A stretch of DNA of 60,067 nt, filler included, from Sphacelaria rigidula (GCA_964200075.2; 7 parts of 7 records of this genome joined end to end with filler, not necessarily neighbours in it), one strand, 5' to 3'. Shown: positions 25,621-37,635, numbered from the whole stretch's first letter. Numbers and translations are program-made. Notes: generated from the letters alone by a model not told the origin.

Positions 25621-25687
25621 GGGGGGGGGGCGTACTCATTTGTTGCTTGCCTTAGTCGTTTGACCATTGACCACGCATCCCTTTCGA
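25621..25687 (-). mobile_element. LINE 3' terminus copy at contig end
   Basis: G run + cgtactcatttgttgcttgccttagtcgtttgaccattgaccacgcatccctttcga. Confidence 0.8.
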
Positions 25688-25787
25688 NNNNNNNNNNNNN
25701 NNNNNNNNNNNNNNNNNNNNNNNNNNNNNNNTTAATTAATTAANNNNNNNNNNNNNNNNNNNNNNNNNNNNNNNNNNNNNNNNNNNN
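25688..25787. other. Scaffold gap with artificial linker
   Basis: N44-TTAATTAATTAA-N44. Confidence 0.97.
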
Positions 25788-26649
25788 CTAGACTACTGAC
25801 AAGTCAGCGCTGACTTGTCAGTAGTCTAGTTGGTTGTCTCTTAAACCGTCACGAATCAAAACGCTACGAGGGGTACAGATTTTGCATTTCACTGTCAGGG
25901 TTTTTTCACAAAGACTATGGAGAACCCTGTACGGACCCTGCACAGTGCGTCCCACAGGGTGCTATCTGTCCACGTTTGAGGGCGTGCCTGCCCGCACCAG
26001 CTGCCGAAGCAGCTTTGCACGGGGTTTGACAAACGGATAATGAGTGTTGACGCCGTACCCTACGGCGATGGTAACATTTGATGCCGCGCTACGCTGCCAT
26101 ATGTATCACTATTATAACAAACGGTACTGTACTCTCCTCGTCTGTTGTCGCTGTACTTGAGGGGTGGTGTAGGGCACTGCACTGCTGAACTCTTCTCGCG
26201 CACTGATTGTTCACTTTTCTCGTGATACCGACGGTGCCGTCATCATGCACTGTACCACACGGCATGATTGTGCACTGTATTAAATGGGGTGTTATGCATT
26301 GTATTACCCTAGGGAACCAAGGTACGGCACTGTACTCGAAGGATTATTGACCGCCTGCCTGCCTGCTCTTCGGCTTCATGCACAAGTACGCAATACCACA
26401 TTCGTGCAGGAAATGGCCGTCGGTGTACAGAACTTTGTCACAAATTTATGATACCGTCTGAACCATAAAACGGGCCCCTCCCCCGATTTGGAGTTCGCGA
26501 ATTTGCGGTCCGGTCTGAAACAATCGAGATTCGTTGCCATAAAAGACGGTCTTACACGTTGTCTTGTTGACGGGCAACAGTGATTTCTACATTTTTTCTT
26601 CATACTACTGTCGATGCTGTCATATCCCTTCATAGGTAGTTCTTGATTC

Positions 26650-27010
26650 TGCAGGATCAGTGTCTTCTGCGTCGCTGAGATTCTTCATTTTCGGTCGAGT
26701 TTTGTCCATGTTCGAAGGTTGAAATGAGTTCATTTTGGGCAGATATCTGAGACGCGGAGGATGGGTGGAGAACGACGGTCATTCTTTAGTTCTGTACGAT
26801 CGGTGTCTTCTGCCTCGTTTCGATTCTGGATTCTTGTTCAGGATTTGTCGTTTCTTGAAGGTTGAATGCGTTCATTTCGCCTCGATTTCTCGGACGGAGA
26901 ATGGGTGGAGCTCCGCGGTTCTCGTTTTTGTTGTGCAGGACCAGTGTCTTCTGCCTCCTTCCGGCTCTGTTTTGGTCAGGTTTAATCGTCGTCGACGATG
27001 TTTGAAAGTT
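26650..27010. repeat. Degenerate ~140-bp tandem repeat, ~2.5 units
   Basis: gtgtcttctgc at ~26660, ~26803 and ~26944; gaaggttgaa...gttcattt and gatgggtggag/aatgggtggag each twice. Confidence 0.7.
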
Positions 27011-27609
27011 CAAAGAGGCAAAAAGAAGAGAACGAGTTATCTCTGGATCTTATCTTCGCCTCTAAGCACTCCTGTATGTGGGCGACGGCTGATTTCGGTT
27101 GCAACACTCCACATCATCCTTTGCCTTGGGTAACGCTTCATTGAGCGGGGGCGCGAAGCGCCAAAAACCTTGTACTATTCTTATTCCTTACGGTTGTCCT
27201 CATTCTGGGTCTCTGGACGTAGGTGCAACAATCACAGGGTCTGACAGCGCATCATTCCTCCGAAGTCCGACGCACCAGCGGCCAGTAATATTCCGCTCAT
27301 GCTTTCCCGTGTTTTTGGGAGGAATTTGCCCTATATCCACACTTTTCCGTATCCCTTCGCAGAATTTACCCGTTTCTCCGCGGAATTCGCTCTGGGACCA
27401 GTGATTTCCCTAGCCACCATAATCTCACGTTTTCCTACACGGATTCACCACCACCTGTTCCCGTGGCACTTTTAACTTATTTCTCCTCCTGGGGATATAA
27501 CGCGCAAAACCTTCAACACCAGTAACGTCCCGAGCCGTTTGACTTTCATCTCATAAACATCTAACGCATCTTATTTCCCCGGCACCAGTGACTTACTCTT
27601 CACCCGTCA

Positions 27610-29932
27610 ATGCAACGGAAGCTGTATGTTTCCCCGGTACCAACAATGCATGTTCTCATCTGTTTGACGCCCCTTTCCAGCCCCCTCCCCCCCCCCTCCA
27701 GTGACACAGTGGCTTTGGCGCTTGCCAGTGTCACCAGTCACTTTTCTCACGCCGATTGGGCCCGGGAACAGCAAGCTGAACCTGCTTGTAGAGCAGCTAT
27801 ACATTATCTATCCCAAGGAAGCCCCCCCCCCTTTCCAGAAACTGAGTTCCTTTTGCCAGTAGGGCCCCACCGAGCCCCCACACAGGATGAAGTTACTGAA
27901 TTATCGCGTAAAGGCATGCTTTATACGGATGATGATGGCGTTGTTCTTTTAGTTTACCGGCCCCCCACGAACCCTCCTGGAGGGAAATCTACAAGTAGTC
28001 ACGCCCGTTTGTTGGGTGATGTTCCCGTATGTATTTATGTTCCGATGCTTCTGCGTCCATGGATCCTCCATGAATGCCACTCACAAGCATCCACACATCT
28101 GGGCGTCGCTAGGACCTCTCAGATGCTTCAGCGTGTTTTTTCATGGATTTGTATGGGCCAATGTGTGCGTTGGTGGGTTCGGCGGTGTCTTCTTTGCCAA
28201 GCACGGAAAACTTCGCGTCAAACAGTTAGATGGCCAGTAATCTCTATGCCCCTCCCCAATGGGCCTGGTGAAATAGTTTCATGGGACTACTTTGGCCCCC
28301 TGCCCCTCACTGATAGTGGTAACAAGTACATTGTGTTGTTTACGGATCGGTTCAGTCGACATGCTGTGATGAATGCTATTTCGGAGGCCAACTATAGTGC
28401 AGAAGGGACTGCCGACGTCCTTGTGTACACAAACATCCCTCAGTGGGGTGTCCCGAACGTTTGTTATCCGATAACGGCCCACAATTTGCCGGCAAACTTT
28501 CTGCCGCGATCGGTAATCTCCTGGGTGCCCATCGTATTTTTACTTGTTCATACCATCCGTCCACAAACCGTGGGACCGAACGAGTTAATCACACGATGGC
28601 GCAAATGCTTGCCACAGTGATCAATGAGCGACAAACGGACTGGGACCTGCACTCACCCCTTGTCCAAATGAACTACAACAACTCCGTTAATGCCGCCACA
28701 GGCTTGGCTCCCAATGAAGTTCATACTGGTCGTATGCCCAGGCTGCCATTGACAGTGTTCGACAGGAAACCCCCTGGTGGTCATCAGAGTTTGGATCGGG
28801 ATATTGTGGAGCGTCATATTCTGTTAGTAATCGTCTTCGTCTTGCATATGAGGTGGCACGGGAGCAGAACTTGATCAACGCAGCCAAGGTAGCTAAGGCA
28901 AACAGCGTGTTGAATGACGCAGTGAACAGCCGTCCGATGTGGAAAGTAGGTGAATGGGCATGGGTGTATAATGATGTGAGAACTGTAACCCAAGGTGCCA
29001 GCTCTGCTAATTCGTCGTCGGATAAGGTGTTGAAGTCGAAGCTTTGCTTGAATTGGACTGGTCCTTGGAAGATTTTGGCAGTTGGGCCCTGTGATACCGC
29101 ACCTGACGATAAACCAGTAGGCGAGAAGCTTTTGTATTTGGATTTTCCCACGAATGAACCTGGCGTCGAACAAAAAAACCGGGTCTCGATGCTTCGGTGC
29201 AAGCCGTGTCTGCCCCCTCACGACACTAGTGATACGCCCAAGCAATTGCCTATGGGGTTCAGTCAGTATGTGCTAACCAGGTATGCGACGAAATCCCCAC
29301 CGTACCACATGACGGTTGAAGACGCTGACAGTCCTGTTGAACGTGTAGTGGTAGATCGCATCTCGGGCTATCAATTAGTTCGAGGTCGTGGCGGTAAGAT
29401 TGCGGTTATGTATCAGACTCACTGGAAAGGCCTCATGCGTGTTACGTGGGAACGGTAGGAGGATTTGCGTCATTTTCGAAGAGAGATACTTTTATATTGG
29501 ATCGGAGATGTCGTCCAGCAACACCCGTTGAACAAACGATATAGGTCTATGCAAAAAGGCGCAGCAGCTCGTGAACTGACCCGAGAACACTCGGCACGAT
29601 TTGTAATTTCGAGCTATAGTCTCATTTCTCATTCGCAATACCTGCGCTCTTTTTCGAAGAAACGCTTGCCGAAAGGTGCATATTATTGGTACAGGGCTAT
29701 GGATTCGCGGTGGTGGCTGGGGAAGATTCATTTGATAGATCCTGAGGCGGACGACTCCTACTACATCCGCTTCCTCGATGATCCGGGTCATCTCAAGATC
29801 CGTCTTCACGACGATTAGTACACCGAGATGCCGACCGCTCGCCGAGGATCTTGGTACCTACACCGACACGACAAAGGGGACATCGACACGGCTGTCTTGC
29901 GCAACCCCGACACGGCGTGGGACACGGAATGA
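27610..29932 (+). pseudogene. Ty3/Gypsy integrase region (HHCC, DDE, GPY/F, chromodomain, Tudor-like domain), disrupted
   Basis: HECHSQASTHLG...CLLC; WDYFGP / LSDNG / GTERVNH; NWTGPWKI; VDRISGYQLVRG...MYQTHWKGLMRVTWE; frameshifts near 28450 and 28815; in-frame TAGs at 29456 and 29816. No RT/RNase H recognised upstream. Confidence 0.92.
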
Positions 29933-31717
29933 TCTTCATAATGAATTGCGTTCCTTCCGATTTGTTTTTTTGGCGTTCCTTAACCCCCCCCGTGTTTTTG
30001 TCTTGTCGTTGGTATCGTTTTCTCAAGTACCGTTGTGAGTCGGTTGTCTACGTTTTTCCCTACCGCCAATCGTCGTCCCCCTGGTCTCGGCGTGTATTTT
30101 TTTGAATTCCCCCCTGTTTCCCCTTCTCCTCTCGTGGTCTCGTTTCCTTGAACCCAGTGTAGCCCGCTTACCTACGTTTCCCCCGGCAGTACCCAGTAGC
30201 CGCGTATGCCCGTGCTCTGTACTGAACCGTTGCCGCGTATGCCTATTCCTGTATGAAGCTTTTGTTCTCTTTCTCTTGTTTTTGTTAGCTGTTGTTTTTT
30301 GTTTTTTGTTTTTTGCTTATTTTGTTTTTTCTTCTGTTTTTTGTTTTTGTTTTTGTTCTGCCCTGTTTCCCCTTCTTCCTACCTTGCATGGCCACCTGTT
30401 TTCCTTGCTTTTGTCTTTGGTTTTTCTTGTTGTTTGTATTCGGAGGCGGCCGATGCACACCGTTGGTATTCTCCAGCACGTCCCGTACCAACCCCTTTCC
30501 GGGGCACACACCTGGTGTGTGCGATTGCCCAACCACGTCCGCCATCAACCTCTCCAACGGATTGGTTCTTTTGGCGTACCCTGCTATTCGTTCCCCCCCT
30601 ACTCTCTTCTTTGTTTTGCGTTTTTTTTTCTTTGACAGCTTGATACCGTTGGACTCACGTTGGCTTTCGATGACCGGGTTATGTGTTGCATGTCCAACAA
30701 GCCCTCTCCTTGAGTACCGTCGCAGATTCTGTGTAATTGCTCGCTGTATCAGGTGTTCCATGTTCGGGGATACTTCTTTTCTCTTGCATTATGTTCAGTT
30801 CCGTTGCTACAACAGTCCGCCAAAACAAAAAGAAACAAAATCATTTTGTTTTTCGCAGTCTCGAGGTCGTACATCCGGTCCGCCGCTTCGGAAATCAGCG
30901 CGGTGGTTTGTTTTTGTTGTAGGGTTATTGCAGGCGAATTATCGCGTTGATGTGCTCGGCGGGAGTCTTCCGTTTGTATGCACACCCTCTCGATTTTCTC
31001 GTCAGAACGGGCATGTATCTAAGAGCGGACCGCATCGGCCCCTCTTTCTGTATACTTGCCGTGGTTCACCACGAACGCATCGGATTACCCGCCTTGGATT
31101 TATCTCCTACGATTGTGTGTTATTCGTTGACGCTTTGTGGGACGATACCGGCACCTTTTTAATTCGATGGGCCGCCCTTCATCGTCACGTTGGTGCATTA
31201 TGTTGCCTCACGGCTGCATGTTGATTTTGGTTTCCGGTGTCTTCCGCTGAGCGATTTTCTTCTCTCGCTGGAGCAATCAACACCGTTGGTTTCTACTGAT
31301 GAAAGAAGTGTACGATCGTTTGTGCTTCCCCGGTACTGTGAAACGCCTTGGCGGGCTTCTTGAAAAAACTCTTACAGCGGAACTGCACGTCTATTAAGAC
31401 ATGATTTCCCCTTCGCATGATAGCAGTCAAGGTTTATATCAAGGGTTTGAAGCGGATGGACTACCGGCTTGTTTATTTTTCGCTGCTTCAGTTTTTCTTT
31501 TCTTTTTTATGGCGGATTTGTCCTGAATTCCCGGATATTTTGTAGCTCCCAGCGCTATTTTTCGAGGGTTGTCGATTCTTGGGTTTTTCACTTCTTTTGG
31601 ATTATTTTTTCCCCATATATCGTGTCGCCCTCTGAATCCCCATCACAGTACTCCCCCCTTAACGTGTCTCACATTTTCATTTTATTATGGTATCTTGTTT
31701 TACTTTCTTTTTTCTGT

Positions 31718-31729
31718 GGTGTGGGGGAA
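31718..31729 (+). promoter_or_regulatory. Polypurine tract of the Gypsy element
   Basis: ggtgtgggggaa immediately before TG at 31730. Confidence 0.55.
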
Positions 31730-32459
31730 TGGAATGTGTGGGTAAAGCAACCTCGTTTCACTGCGTTCTCCTGCGATTACTTTACCCATTAGAGGCTAGT
31801 GTGATATGATGTGACTGCAGGACATAGCCATGATCTTGGGCAAAGGTGACATTGAATGATGGAAATTTTTATGTTCAATTAGCGGAGAATTCGCTGACCC
31901 TTGAGGTTGACGTTCTACGGAGAGCATGTCTTTGAATTCGAAAAAAAGGTAGTGACCCAACCATGGCATGAATTGAGGAGCACGGCTTTTGGGTTTTATG
32001 GTATGACCTCAGCTTATGTTGATTTAGGGGGCGGCGATACACGTTTGAAATAGCAGCCCCTACGACCCCACTCTCGTTTCATTTCGGTTTGGGCTGCGAC
32101 TCGACAGTTCTCATTGGAGTATCTACAAACCGCGAGAAAGTGAGTCCCAGAGATAGGAGCAGTAGTCGGGCTGCTGTTTTGTCTGGTGTGTTATATTTAT
32201 ATAGTTTTCGGCTTGTTTCGCTTTGTGTTGTATCTCTCTGTTCTTTAAATGAGGTTGGATGCAACCAGTTGCGTGATAAAAGTGCTAGTCTGGTCTGTAT
32301 TATTTGCTTGTCTCCTTATGTGAAAGCAACACGAGAGCGACTGTGGTCAGCCCGCGCTGTTGAGCTGAGTAAACAAACAATGTACGCAGAGGTCTGGGCC
32401 TGGAACAATCGTGGTGAACACCATTACATCCTTCTCAAGGTCCCTTCACCCTTTTCACA
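31730..32459 (+). mobile_element. Putative 3' LTR of the Gypsy element
   Basis: Begins TG after the PPT and ends ...ttttcaCA exactly where Copia RT coding sequence begins; the second LTR is not in the window. Confidence 0.6.
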
Positions 32460-34052
32460 TCACACTACGATCAAAGTGATCATGATATGATCTCCTTGTC
32501 GTCCTCTCGCATATACACATGGATCACTTCCACTTGTTTGGCACCTATGCTTTGCAATTTAGTGCCGATTGTAAAGTTCCACATTAGGATTGCGTCGGAG
32601 TCCGTACAGAGCACGGCGAAGACGCATCACATGCGGTTCACCAGTATCTGGATGTTTTGATGTTTCGAACCCAGGTGGCTGCATTCGCAACACGGTGTCT
32701 AATAACTTGTAGTTTCAAAATGCGGTCTGTACATCCAGAACTAGTATGTCCCAATTTTAGCTGTAGCTATTGCTTATAGAGTTATTTTTCTCCCCAGTCG
32801 ACATACAGGCGCGAAGGTATGTTCACAGTCAAATCCATGATTTTGTGCCCAATCTTGGAAAACTAGACGGGCCTTGAATCTTTCGTCTGCTATAGCTTTG
32901 TGCACCCAACGCGTACCAATCATATCGTTGTTTGGAGGTACAAACTTGATGGAATAGTGTCTGCCACTCCATGATCCGAGATTTGTTGTAGTTTATCTAG
33001 CATGGCAGCTTTCCAATTCGTCGCATACGGTGAAGATGATGCCTGCTTAAAAATAGTAGGAATTGGAATGGATACAGGTGGTGCTACATCGTCGATAGCT
33101 ACAACAACTCCTGTACAATGAGTAAGACTGGAGAGTTTCGGAAACGCTTTTTCGTCATTTTAGAGTGTAATCATCTCAGGATCAGACTGTAACGAGAAAT
33201 GGATTCCCTTTCCGTCAAATATGGTAATCCCTTCACGTTTTTTCGATGAGATGTTTTTTTAATCTGCTCTCTGATCCTGAGATATTTGCACTCTGAAATG
33301 AAAAGAAGCGTTTTCCGAAACTTTCTACGATATAGAATTTGTTTAAGTGTTGATAGTATACAACGGAGCTCATAGCTAGTTTGCGCGATTCTATGGTTTG
33401 GCGTGTCTTCGACGATTGAGATGCAGCTTGATCTGAACTGCCTGTAGAACGAAGTAATACTGGTATTCTTCGCTGAGTGAGTGAATGGTCCAATCGAGGA
33501 ACTTCGGTTCTAGTCAAAATTTGAAATGTATATTTCTCTTCATCAGTTGGAAGTTTGAAAATACTATCTTCATTCCTGTTTTGTACCCCACTAGGAGACT
33601 GTTTATTTTCGGGGATTGTTCTGTCTGCTTGTTCTACGAAGATAATATTTCGCAAAGTTTCAAATAGACCAGTTTCTCGATTATATACATGACGAAACGG
33701 ACTATCAGAGTCATAACCTACCGGGATACGTTCCCATGCCTTTTTCTCTAACTTATTCATATGACGCTCTACGTGTACACACGCCATTCGATTATGCGCC
33801 AAAATGAAAATTTGGCATGTTCTCCGAACATAATATGACATGGGATCTCACCAGTAGTGACACTATGTGGTAGGCTATTGATTGCAAATACAGCAGTCCC
33901 GCCCATCTATCCCCATAATTTCTTGGGTAAGTTTTCTCCATTTACTAGACATTGAGTGACGTTCATGATGATTCTCCCGTCACGTCCCGACATGCCGCTC
34001 TGTTGTGGGGTATACGTTGCTGTACATTCTTGCAAAATGCCTGTCATTTTAC
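32460..34052 (-). pseudogene. Old Ty1/Copia integrase and reverse transcriptase remnant
   Basis: Minus strand, many stops and frameshifts: TPQQSGMSGRDGR, VGYDSDSPFRHVYN, WKAAM, GTRWVHK...FKARLV, TFAPV, LDVQTAF, MQPPGF, LRRALYGLR, DPCVY; integrase precedes RT. Confidence 0.9.
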
Positions 34053-34282
34053 TGTTATGGGGGTGAATGAAGGCCTTACCGACCAAAACTCCGTGGCCAA
34101 CTAAAAAGAATACGAACGCGGAGGGATATTAAAGACGTATTAAAGACGTCATTGACTGGTCGGACCTGTGCCGAACCTGTGCCAAACAGAACACACGCTC
34201 CACCCTAAGTTACCTACGTTTAGTATGCGACATGTAGCGACTGCCAGACGACCTGGACAAGAGGGCTATTCAGTGAGGGACT
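34053..34282. mobile_element. Probable LTR end inserted into the Copia integrase, cut by the gap
   Basis: Copia frame stops abruptly at TGTTATGGGGG; sequence runs to the contig end. Confidence 0.45.
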
Positions 34283-34382
34283 NNNNNNNNNNNNNNNNNN
34301 NNNNNNNNNNNNNNNNNNNNNNNNNNTTAATTAATTAANNNNNNNNNNNNNNNNNNNNNNNNNNNNNNNNNNNNNNNNNNNN
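34283..34382. other. Scaffold gap with artificial linker
   Basis: N44-TTAATTAATTAA-N44. Confidence 0.97.
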
Positions 34383-34452
34383 GGTGCGTATTCATTGGTT
34401 GCTTGCCTGAGTCATTTGACCATTGACCACGCATCCCTTTCGAGACGGAGCA
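34383..34452 (-). mobile_element. LINE 3' terminus copy at contig start
   Basis: gcgtattcattggttgcttgcctgagtcatttgaccattgaccacgcatccctttcgagacgg. Confidence 0.75.
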
Positions 34453-34454
34453 CG

Positions 34455-34920
34455 TTGAGAGGGGGGGGGGGTTTAGTGGGTTCAACTCCCACACTACCTT
34501 GAGCATAGCTTTCGAAACGCTCCACGGTTCGGACGAATAATCGCCGGTTCGAATAACTAAATCTACGATTTTTAAGGCGTGATTGCTCGAGAGAGAGAGA
34601 AGAACGTTGGCCGCTGGTCAAGAAGGTCTCCATGCAACGTTTGCGCCATTCCACGTCCCCGGGCCGCCTGTACCTGGGTTGCAACGCTGAACTCGAAGCC
34701 TAAGGATTGATTCGTCCGGTACGAATCATTCACACTAAAATCAAGTAATTTCTAGAGGAATCATTGATTCGTCCGACCCTTGGAACGCTCGAGGCGCCTA
34801 CCCCTCATGAATGCCACGCGTTAGTCTAGCCGAACCTCCGGGTAAGGGGCACACGAACCCATTTGCGGGGTAGGTGTTGAGTGAGATTTTTGCCTTCCTT
34901 CAAGGACAAAGAAGAAAAAT
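34455..34920 (+). mobile_element. SINE-like element (family of 21538-21785) with an internal insertion
   Basis: T-arm-like GTGGG-TTCAACT-CCCAC; gctcgaggcgcc...gcggggta.gtgttgagt...A-rich end; inner 34703-34780 matches 19596-19672. Confidence 0.6.
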
Positions 34921-35358
34921 GATGGTAAAACATGAGTGCACGAGTTAGGCGTTAAACCTTCGCCGCGCGCTTTTGTATTAAAGCGTAATGCGCTTTTGTA
35001 TTTGGTATATATGATGTGTGTGTAAATATTTACCCATTTGGGTAGCGAAGGGTGAAGTTGCTAGATGATGCAGAAATGTTAGGTTAGAGAGCTATTATAT
35101 GTAGTTTGCGGAATCAGACGTGTTTTTTTTCTCTCGATATTTTGTTGCCATTTTCGGTTCCTTTGTATATGCCTCTAGGCATCTCTGCGCCGATTGCGTG
35201 GGTGCTTCTTGAGCGTGTCTCCGCGTAGTCTGTTGTATTACTGTATCGCGCAGCTGGACAATATCAATTGAAACACGTGAAAATAAACGTACGGAAATCG
35301 TCCCTGAACGGCACTCTCAAGCAGCCTTTCATTGAATCGGGAAAATTTAATCGGACAG

Positions 35359-35531
35359 ATCGAGGTGCGGCATGAACTGCGGAGGCGTTTTCCCCGTCGA
35401 CCGTGGCTGGATGTCGTGAGCAAAGCCGATCTCCCGCGCATTGGATTGGAAGAGGCAAGATTGGCTCTTCCCGAGGGTTACCTCGATTTGTCCACAGAGG
35501 ACGGCACCGGAGTCGAGGAGCTGAAAGAGAG
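35359..35531 (+). CDS. Exon of a NOG1-like (Obg superfamily) GTP-binding protein, G4-G5 region
   Basis: ggacag|ATC acceptor, AG|gtcagt donor; IEVRHELRRRFPRRPWLDVVSKADL...YLDLSTEDGTGVEELKER (SKAD = G4; ST..G.GV.EL = G5). Other exons not located. Confidence 0.75.
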
Positions 35532-37297
35532 GTCAGTAATAAGGGTCACCGTACTCTGATTTGTGGAGTTACGTTACGTCAACCTGTGTGTGCTCTGAAC
35601 CGAAACGTACGATGGGTTCGACGCGTATTTGAGCTGGAACGATGATGCATGAGCCAGATGATCCGATGAGCGTTTCCGCGATCTTTTTATTACTGTCCAG
35701 CGGTCGATGTGCTTTTGCTGCGACATCGCGTGCTCGATCGCGGGAAAATCAACATCCCTGCCTACGCCCCTCGATTGGTCAATTTTCACAAAACTAGATC
35801 AAGGCGACCAATAGATGTGATAAAGGCGGTCCGTCGTGGATATTCCTCGTTGGTCGCGGTCGATGGGGTGTTGGAGTACGACAGGGATGGATGAGGTGCA
35901 GCAGGCGGGGCACGGCCCAACCCGGTCTGTCTTCTCCGGCAGGACGTTTTCTGCATGTCGCGGTGCTCTTGTGTTTTTGTGTGGACGTATCGCCGCTGTA
36001 CCCGTTCCACGTCACAGACCAGTATGTGTCCGGATGCTGTTGCTGTTGAGGGGCGACGCCGCCGTAAATTGAGCCGGGCGTTCCACGTGGATACTGCTCG
36101 AGTTCCAGAACCTGTGTCTCAATATGCTCGGCTTGGTATAACCGTTCCGTGAAAATATAGACATGCATGTTATGGTTGTACTATAGATTCTTTTGAGAAG
36201 GTCCTGGTGTTGCCCCGCTATCACTGGCACGAGGAAGTTGGAGCGGTTTGCAAGTTCAGGAAAAGTCGGTCTTCCTCGGTGATTTTATTTTGTCGGCTGC
36301 ATGTGAGTTTTTCACACGTCGGACAGCTTATATGAGCTACCTCAGTATTACTTCTTAGCAGTGCCATCGATTGATTGATTCATTCATTTTGATTTGATTT
36401 GATTGATTGTCGCACATTACTTGATCCCCCAGGGATCCAGCCGTGGTCACATGGTGGACGTACCCGCAAGAGAAAACAAGACTGAAAACACTCGCTGAAG
36501 AAAAAGAAGGAACAGAAAAAGTCGAACAGAGGTGTACTTACCCGGATTGTGAGCTAGCTGTTTTGGCCCCCTTTTTGCCAAATTTTCTTCCTACAGCGCT
36601 GGGCGCCGAGCGCGCGGAGTACCGCAAAGGTAGTGTTTTGCCTTCTCGGACCCGCTGCCACGTATCTTGTGTATCTTGTGTTCTTGGACAACGAATCTGA
36701 GGGTCCTTCTCGATTTATTAGTTTTGGTTGTGAGCTGTCCCACGTGTGAAGTATATTGTATGCCCGTATCGATTACTCTTACAGGCTGGTTCACGGGGGG
36801 AAAAAAAAACTGTCAGCAAATGCCTTCTGCACTACGCACCTAATAGTCGCATACATGGTATCATACTGACCGCAATCAACAGACGAAGAGGATGACATAG
36901 TCGGATTTTTTTTCAAGGCTATAGCGGTGGCGTCATGGACAAAAATGTGTCTCGACCAATCAGCGCCTTTCAAACTGTTCCGAATTTCCAATTTTCACAT
37001 TGGTTGTTGTCTCAGGCTATCCCAAATTTGGCTTTAGATTTCTGTGACAGAAATCACTTTCGTTTTTTCGGAATACTTCTCAAAAACGAGCGGAACTTTT
37101 TGAAAACGTTTTGAAAAACCAGCAGAACTTTTTGAAAAACTGCTCGTACCATGACCCCATTATCTCGAGTACAGGGCAGTACACTCAAGACAAGATACTT
37201 TTGCAGTGGTGTATGCACTAAAGAGTACTAGACTCAACATAACAGAACACAGATGTTCTACAGCATCACGAGAAATCACGCGCCGTTCTTATCGCGT

Positions 37298-37635
37298 TCC
37301 GCACGAGAAGGAGAAGAAGCAACAGCAGCAGTATCAGCAGCATCTTTACTGCCAATAGATGTACGCGGCTGGGGGTGGGTCTAAATCAGCCGGTGCCGAT
37401 TCGTGTGTGTCAGCGCTGTCCAGCACGGTGGCTATCACTCGTAAGGTGTGTAGGTGTTGTCGCACGGTCGAAACGCGGACCGTCTACGATCAAGAGCAGC
37501 GGCAGCAGCACCAGCAGCATCGGCGCCGGTTGATTCAGACCCACCCCCAGCCACGTACATTTACTGGCAACGAATATGCTGCTGATACTGCTGCTGCTGC
37601 TGCTGCTGCTGCTGACTTGCTGCTTCTCGTGCGGA
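37298..37635. repeat. Inverted repeat with ~105-115-bp arms and ~118-bp spacer
   Basis: 37298-37400 matches the reverse complement of 37519-37635 (tccgcacgagaag...cagcagcagtatcagcagcat...ggctgggggtgggtct.aatca.ccgg.gccgat). Confidence 0.8.

Noticed and set aside
30102-31224. Hydrophobic 177-310 aa ORFs resembling a membrane or Env protein
   Set aside because: The Phe/Leu/Val/Cys richness comes from T-rich low-complexity DNA lacking stops; no Env motifs are seen.
20325-35531. Joining exon 20325 with the NOG1-like exon into one gene
   Set aside because: They are separated by two scaffold gaps and the 20325 peptide has no recognisable NOG1 motif.
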